Origin: Alphaproteobacteria bacterium
GTDB taxonomy: Bacteria > Pseudomonadota > Alphaproteobacteria > SMXQ01
DNA: 64,000 nucleotides
Assembly: GCA_038131655.1 (NCBI GenBank)
Contig: JAYPPT010000001.1
Location: 537,447-601,446, forward strand
Direction of reading: 5' to 3'
Shown: piece after piece, positions 59,788-64,000 of the stretch
Numbering within the stretch: the stretch's first letter is position 1
Layout: every line of letters starts with the position of its first letter
Translations under genes and position numbers: made by a program
Notes under the pieces: generated by a model
Database searches by the model: none
What the model was told of the DNA's origin: nothing
What the model saw: the letters and a program-made list of their open reading frames with translations, nothing else

Positions 59788-60474
59788 ATGAATACCTTTT
59801 TGCTTATCCATGGTTCGTATCAGGGTGGCTGGATCTGGAAACCCGTGGCGACGCGCCTGCGGGCAGCGGGGCACCTGGTGTTCGCACCGAGCCTCGACGG
59901 TTGCGCCGAGCGCGCCGCCCAGTGCCGTCCCGGTATCACCAGCGAAACCCAGGCGGAGGAACTCGCCCGTTTCCTTTGGTCCGAAGACCTGCACGATGTC
60001 GTTCTGGTCGGCGCGTCGTCGGGTGGCATCGTGCTGACCAAGACGGCGGAGCTGGCGCGCGAACGCATCAAGCGTCTGATGCTGGTCGATGCGGTGGCGC
60101 TGATGAACGGTGAAAGCCTTCGCGATGTGGTGCCGGGGCGCCGTGAACCGCAGGGCGCGGCGGCGGGCCCGGACCGCGAGGAACGGCTGGCCCGTTTCCT
60201 GCTCGATATGGACCCCGAGCTGGCGGCCTGGGCCGCCGACCGGTCCACGCCCCATCCCGTCGGCACCTCAAGCGAGCCGGTGACGCTGAAAACCTTCTGG
60301 GATGATGACTGGGACGCTTCGGTGGTGTTCTGCCGCCAGGCGGGCAAGCCCGGCGAGGCCCACCAGCGCCGCGCCGCCGATGCGCTCAGGGCGCGCTGGC
60401 ACGAGCTCGATACCGGCCATTACCCGATGCTGAGCACGCCCGACGTGCTGACCCGGCTGATTCTGGAAGGCTGA
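59788..60474 (+). CDS. Alpha/beta-fold hydrolase (esterase-like)
   Basis: MNTFLLIHGSYQGGWIW..., VGASSGG nucleophile elbow, C-terminal DTGHYPML. Confidence 0.7.
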   Translation: MNTFLLIHGSYQGGWIWKPVATRLRAAGHLVFAPSLDGCAERAAQCRPGITSETQAEELARFLWSEDLHDVVLVGASSGGIVLTKTAELARERIKRLMLVDAVALMNGESLRDVVPGRREPQGAAAGPDREERLARFLLDMDPELAAWAADRSTPHPVGTSSEPVTLKTFWDDDWDASVVFCRQAGKPGEAHQRRAADALRARWHELDTGHYPMLSTPDVLTRLILEG

Positions 60475-60628
60475 GGCCCGGATTTTTGCCAAGTCTTTTA
60501 TAAGACTATGAATTTATGGGCCTATTTGTGCGCGGGCGGCTTTGCGTGCAAAGCGCGGAGTGCTAGCGTCAGGGGGCAGGCGGGCCATCGGTCCGGCCGA
60601 CGAATAAACACCCTGGGGAGGGTTCGCA

Positions 60629-62344
60629 ATGGCGTTTGATCTGATTATCCGGGGCGGCACCATCGTCGATGGGGCGGGCATGCCGGGCTATCGTGCCGAT
60701 GTCGGCGTGCGCGACGGCATGATCGCGAAGATCGGGAATCTCAAGGGCGAAACCGCTGCCGAAGTGATCGATGCCGAAGGCATGATCGTCGCTCCCGGTT
60801 TCATCGATGGCCACACCCACATGGATGCCCAAGTGTTCTGGGACGATATCGGGAGTAATTCCTGCTGGCACGGCGTCACCTCGGTGGTCATGGGCAATTG
60901 CGGTTTCTCGATGGGGCCTTGCGCCGAAAAGGACAAGGACCTGGCGCTGCATAATTTCGAACGCGCCGAGGATATTCCGCGCGAAGCCATGCTCGCCGGT
61001 ATCCCGTGGAGCTGGGAAACCTTCCCTGAATATCTCGATGCCATCGACGCGCTTCCCAAGGGCCTCAACTATGCGGGCTTCGTCGGCCATTCGGCGCTGC
61101 GTACCCATGCCATGGGCGCGCGCGCTATGGAGGAACAGGCCAACGCCGACGATCTCGCGGTCATGAAGGGGCAACTGGCCGACAGCTTGCGCGCAGGCGC
61201 GCTCGGGTTTTCCACGTCGCGCACGTTTTCTCATCGCACGCCCGAAGGCAAGCCCGTCGCCAGCCGACTGGCCAGCTGGGAAGAGGTCGAGGCGCTGGTC
61301 GATGTCATGGCGGACATGGGCACCGGCATTTTCCAGATCGCCCGTGAAAATGTCATCGAAGACGACGCCGAGCGCGAGAAAGAGCACGAGCAGATCAAGA
61401 ACCTGGCTATCCGTACCGGCGTGCCGATCACCTTCGGCGGCACCTGGTACAAGCGTCATAAGCCCGAGGCCTGGCGCACACAGTTCCGCATGGTGGATGA
61501 GACCATCGCTGCCGGCGGCAAGATGATGATCCAGGGCACGTCGGCGTGGAACGGTTCGCTGCGCTCGTTCGAGACCGCGACCCCTTACGACATGATCCCG
61601 GTGTGGAAGGAATTCCGCAAGCTGCCGCTCGACGAACAGGAAGCCGGTCTGCGCGATCCGGAAATGCGCGCCAGGCTGGTCGCCGCGGTTCATGCCCACA
61701 AGCACAAGCCGGACCCGTCACTGCCCAATCTCTTCCAGCGTCCGGTGGACTGGGACTGGATCTTCCCCTACGACCACACCCTGCCGCCGTTCAAAAGCAT
61801 GACCGAGGTGGCGGCGGAACGCGGGGTGGACCCGATTGATGCGTTCATCGACCTGGCACTGGAACATCACCTGAAGCTGTTCTTTATCCAGCCGAGTTTC
61901 AACGAGGATCAGGATTACGTCCTCGCCCATATCCGTCACCCCAATTCAGTAGTGACCTTTTCCGATGCGGGTGCCCATGTGGCGACGACCTGTAGCCCGC
62001 TCCACGGTCATCTTCTCGGCCATTGGGTGCGCGATGCCCAGGCGATCCCGCTGGAAACCGCGATCCGGAAGATCAGCCTCGATATCGCCAACTTCTGGGG
62101 CCTGAAGGGCCGTGGCTGGCTGCGCGAGGGCTATCATGCCGACATCGTGGTGTTCAATCTGGACGAAATCGCACCGAGCCTGCCGGTGCTGCACCATGAC
62201 CTGCCCGCCGGTGCCGCGCGCATCAAGCAAAAGACCGACGGCATCAAGACGACCATCGTCAACGGCCAGGTGTTAATGCGGAATAACGAACACACGGGGG
62301 CCTATCCGGGCCAATTGTTGCGTGGGCCACTGGCTCATAACTAA
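60629..62344 (+). CDS. D-aminoacylase-family amidohydrolase, paralog 3
   Basis: 571 aa, GFIDGHTHMD motif. About 70% amino-acid identity to paralog 1, and identical in length. Confidence 0.8.
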   Translation: MAFDLIIRGGTIVDGAGMPGYRADVGVRDGMIAKIGNLKGETAAEVIDAEGMIVAPGFIDGHTHMDAQVFWDDIGSNSCWHGVTSVVMGNCGFSMGPCAEKDKDLALHNFERAEDIPREAMLAGIPWSWETFPEYLDAIDALPKGLNYAGFVGHSALRTHAMGARAMEEQANADDLAVMKGQLADSLRAGALGFSTSRTFSHRTPEGKPVASRLASWEEVEALVDVMADMGTGIFQIARENVIEDDAEREKEHEQIKNLAIRTGVPITFGGTWYKRHKPEAWRTQFRMVDETIAAGGKMMIQGTSAWNGSLRSFETATPYDMIPVWKEFRKLPLDEQEAGLRDPEMRARLVAAVHAHKHKPDPSLPNLFQRPVDWDWIFPYDHTLPPFKSMTEVAAERGVDPIDAFIDLALEHHLKLFFIQPSFNEDQDYVLAHIRHPNSVVTFSDAGAHVATTCSPLHGHLLGHWVRDAQAIPLETAIRKISLDIANFWGLKGRGWLREGYHADIVVFNLDEIAPSLPVLHHDLPAGAARIKQKTDGIKTTIVNGQVLMRNNEHTGAYPGQLLRGPLAHN

Positions 62345-62357
62345 AAGGAGAAGAAGC

Positions 62358-62882
62358 ATGTCTACCGATGTTCTCGACAGAGGCCAGCTCGAAAACGAAA
62401 CCGAGGAAATGCGCAAGAAGCGTGAAGCGACTCTGGCGGCCAGCCCGCCCGCCTCGTTGTTCAAGCTGCGCGCCCAGATGCTGAAGCAGGGCCGCTCCAC
62501 CGATCTCGTTTCCTCCACCGACAATATGCGCGTTCATATCAAGGTCTATGCGTCGGGTGGTGAAAACGGCCTGCACAATCACACCGATGAAGATCATTTC
62601 CACCTGGTGCTGGAAGGCAGTGCGCGTTTCTTCGGCCCGCGGGGTGAAGAAGTGGAGTGCGGTAAGTATGAAGGCATCATGCTGCCCGCGGGCGCGTTTT
62701 ACCGCTTCTACGCGACCAGCGACGAGCCGCTGGTGCTGCTGCGTGTCGGCGCCAAGGCGCCGCCGACGGCGGATTGCGACCGTATCAACATCTACGGCGA
62801 TCCGATCCCGACCGACAGCGCTGAAAACGGCCGGGTCGAAGTGATCCCGGTCGAGGGCAAGTTCTGGGGCGCCGCCGAATAA
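62358..62882 (+). CDS. Cupin-domain protein
   Basis: Start MSTDVLDRG... after AAAGGAGAAG. ...GGENGLHNHTDEDHFHLVLEG... is a cupin metal-binding motif. 174 aa. Confidence 0.7.
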   Translation: MSTDVLDRGQLENETEEMRKKREATLAASPPASLFKLRAQMLKQGRSTDLVSSTDNMRVHIKVYASGGENGLHNHTDEDHFHLVLEGSARFFGPRGEEVECGKYEGIMLPAGAFYRFYATSDEPLVLLRVGAKAPPTADCDRINIYGDPIPTDSAENGRVEVIPVEGKFWGAAE

Positions 62883-62886
62883 CGGC

Positions 62887-63612
62887 CTAGGTGAGCTTGG
62901 CCTCGATGCCGGGGCCAAGCTCGCCGACCAGCCCGTCCCACACACGTTCCAGAATTTTCGGCGTTTCGTGCAAGGTGTTGGAAAACTCCATCTCCTTGGG
63001 GTGAAGTGCGCTCGGTTCGCCAAGCTTGACGACATCGAGATGAATACGCGCCGTATCGCGCAGCACGATGGACCGGAACACGCACTCGCGGATCGAATTT
63101 CCGACCACGATGGCGCCGTGGCGGCGCAAGAGGCCGACCCGGTTGGGGCCGAGGGCGCGGGCGAGGGATTGCGCTTCATCCATCTTGACGACGATGATCT
63201 GGGTGTCGCCGAATTCGTCGCGGTTGTCCCAGATGGGGATGGTTTCACCGATCATGCCGCTGACATGGGTCAGGGGCATGGGCGGGATACCGACATTGCA
63301 AAACGGCAGCAGGTCGATCGGGTGGCCGTGACAGACGGTCATCACGTCGGGCCGCGCGGCGTAAATAGCGGCGTGAATAACGCGCTCGCCATAGCTCTGG
63401 ATATCGGTTCCATCCACCAGGTTGCCGTCCAGGTCGTATTCATGCAGGTCATGGACCGTGACCAGGTTGGGCGCCAGCGCACGGGCAAGGAGAAAACGGC
63501 CGGGGTCATCGGGGTGGCGCGCGCTGATATGCCCGAGACCGACGAGGAAGCCCTCCCGCGCCAGCATATGGTTGGCCAGGGTCAATTCGCGTTTGGTCTC
63601 ATTCAGGGTCAT
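62887..63612 (-). CDS. Class II aldolase/adducin-family protein
   Basis: 241 aa. ...VCHGHPIDLL... and ...RRHGAIVVG... metal-binding histidines typical of fuculose-phosphate-aldolase-like proteins. Confidence 0.8.
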   Translation of the reverse strand: MTLNETKRELTLANHMLAREGFLVGLGHISARHPDDPGRFLLARALAPNLVTVHDLHEYDLDGNLVDGTDIQSYGERVIHAAIYAARPDVMTVCHGHPIDLLPFCNVGIPPMPLTHVSGMIGETIPIWDNRDEFGDTQIIVVKMDEAQSLARALGPNRVGLLRRHGAIVVGNSIRECVFRSIVLRDTARIHLDVVKLGEPSALHPKEMEFSNTLHETPKILERVWDGLVGELGPGIEAKLT

Positions 63613-63736
63613 GGAAGTACGCCTTTCTGTCTGGTTCCCTTGGTGCTACCCATTTCGTGCCCGCCCGTCAACGCACACGGGTTTGACCGGGCCGATTGAT
63701 GGCCCGATACTGGCGCAAAACGAGGGAGGCAGGCGC

Positions 63737-64000
63737 ATGCCGGATGAAACCGGGCAACGCGACGGGGCGGAAATATCGTCGGCGCTCGACCGCCTTGCGG
63801 CGGGGTGTCGCATCCTTGAAATGGAAGGTCATGCCAGCCGTATCCTCGGCCATGCCAGCCTGCGCGATCCCTTGGGGCGGGGATTCTGGCTCAAGCGCTG
63901 GGGCATTTCCTTCGGCGAAACCCGGGGGGTGGCCGATTTCGTGCTCATGGATTTCGACGGCAACCAGATCGGTGGCGATGGCCGGTCGCCCAGCGAATGG
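63737..64000 (+). CDS. Class II aldolase/adducin-family protein (3'-truncated by the window edge)
   Basis: ATG at 63737 with GAGGGAGG upstream. ...LAAGCRILEMEGHASRILGHASLRDP... N-terminus of an aldolase-II fold. Runs off the end of the window. Confidence 0.6.
   Translation, partial: MPDETGQRDGAEISSALDRLAAGCRILEMEGHASRILGHASLRDPLGRGFWLKRWGISFGETRGVADFVLMDFDGNQIGGDGRSPSEW

Noticed and set aside
1-64000. CRISPR arrays, IS elements, transposases, phage or defence-system genes
   Set aside because: No direct-repeat/spacer periodicity, no transposase, integrase, helicase or nuclease-type ORFs, and no terminal inverted repeats were seen anywhere in the window.

Overview
A 64-kb, high-GC (~65%) window, most likely from an alphaproteobacterium (Rhodospirillales-like). 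It contains no CRISPR arrays, transposases, integrases or defence-type genes, and no single cassette stands out as an obvious new system. Coordinates follow the supplied ORF track and include the stop codon.

The window splits into four blocks:
- 1-15.4 kb, core genome: partial GST, TPR protein, LPS-core glycosyltransferases, then the conserved thrS-infC-rpmI-rplT-pheS-pheT-lepA translation cluster and an OsmC-family gene.
- 15.8-24 kb, lower-GC block next to tRNA-Ser(GGA): a complete RpoE (sigma-E)/ChrR singlet-oxygen module with its usual targets (FAD oxidoreductase, DUF1365, cyclopropane-fatty-acid synthase, DUF3833, SDR, fasciclin protein). Three copies of a TGATCC-N16-CGTA promoter motif sit in front of these genes.
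- 24-51 kb, accessory metabolic island: aldo-keto reductases, MFS transporters, orphan substrate-binding proteins, a lactonase/FAH/DUF427 module, DUF1194, a split ChrA chromate transporter, a CmcJ/NvfI-like oxygenase, CoA-transferase A/B, TauD-family dioxygenase, Asp/Glu/hydantoin-racemase-family protein, MmgE/PrpD-family protein and an M24 peptidase. This block and the next together hold three paralogous D-aminoacylase-family amidohydrolases of ~571-577 aa, at 35.0, 39.8 and 60.6 kb.
- 51.5-64 kb: an RND efflux pair, an orphan CoxL-type molybdopterin dehydrogenase large subunit, an orphan NMT1-like binding protein, the third D-aminoacylase paralog, a cupin and class II aldolases.

The most interesting signals are the sigma-E island with its internal promoters, the D-aminoacylase paralog set, a racemase/PrpD/TauD/CoA-transferase cluster of unknown substrate, and lysine-rich C-terminal tails on three periplasmic proteins.
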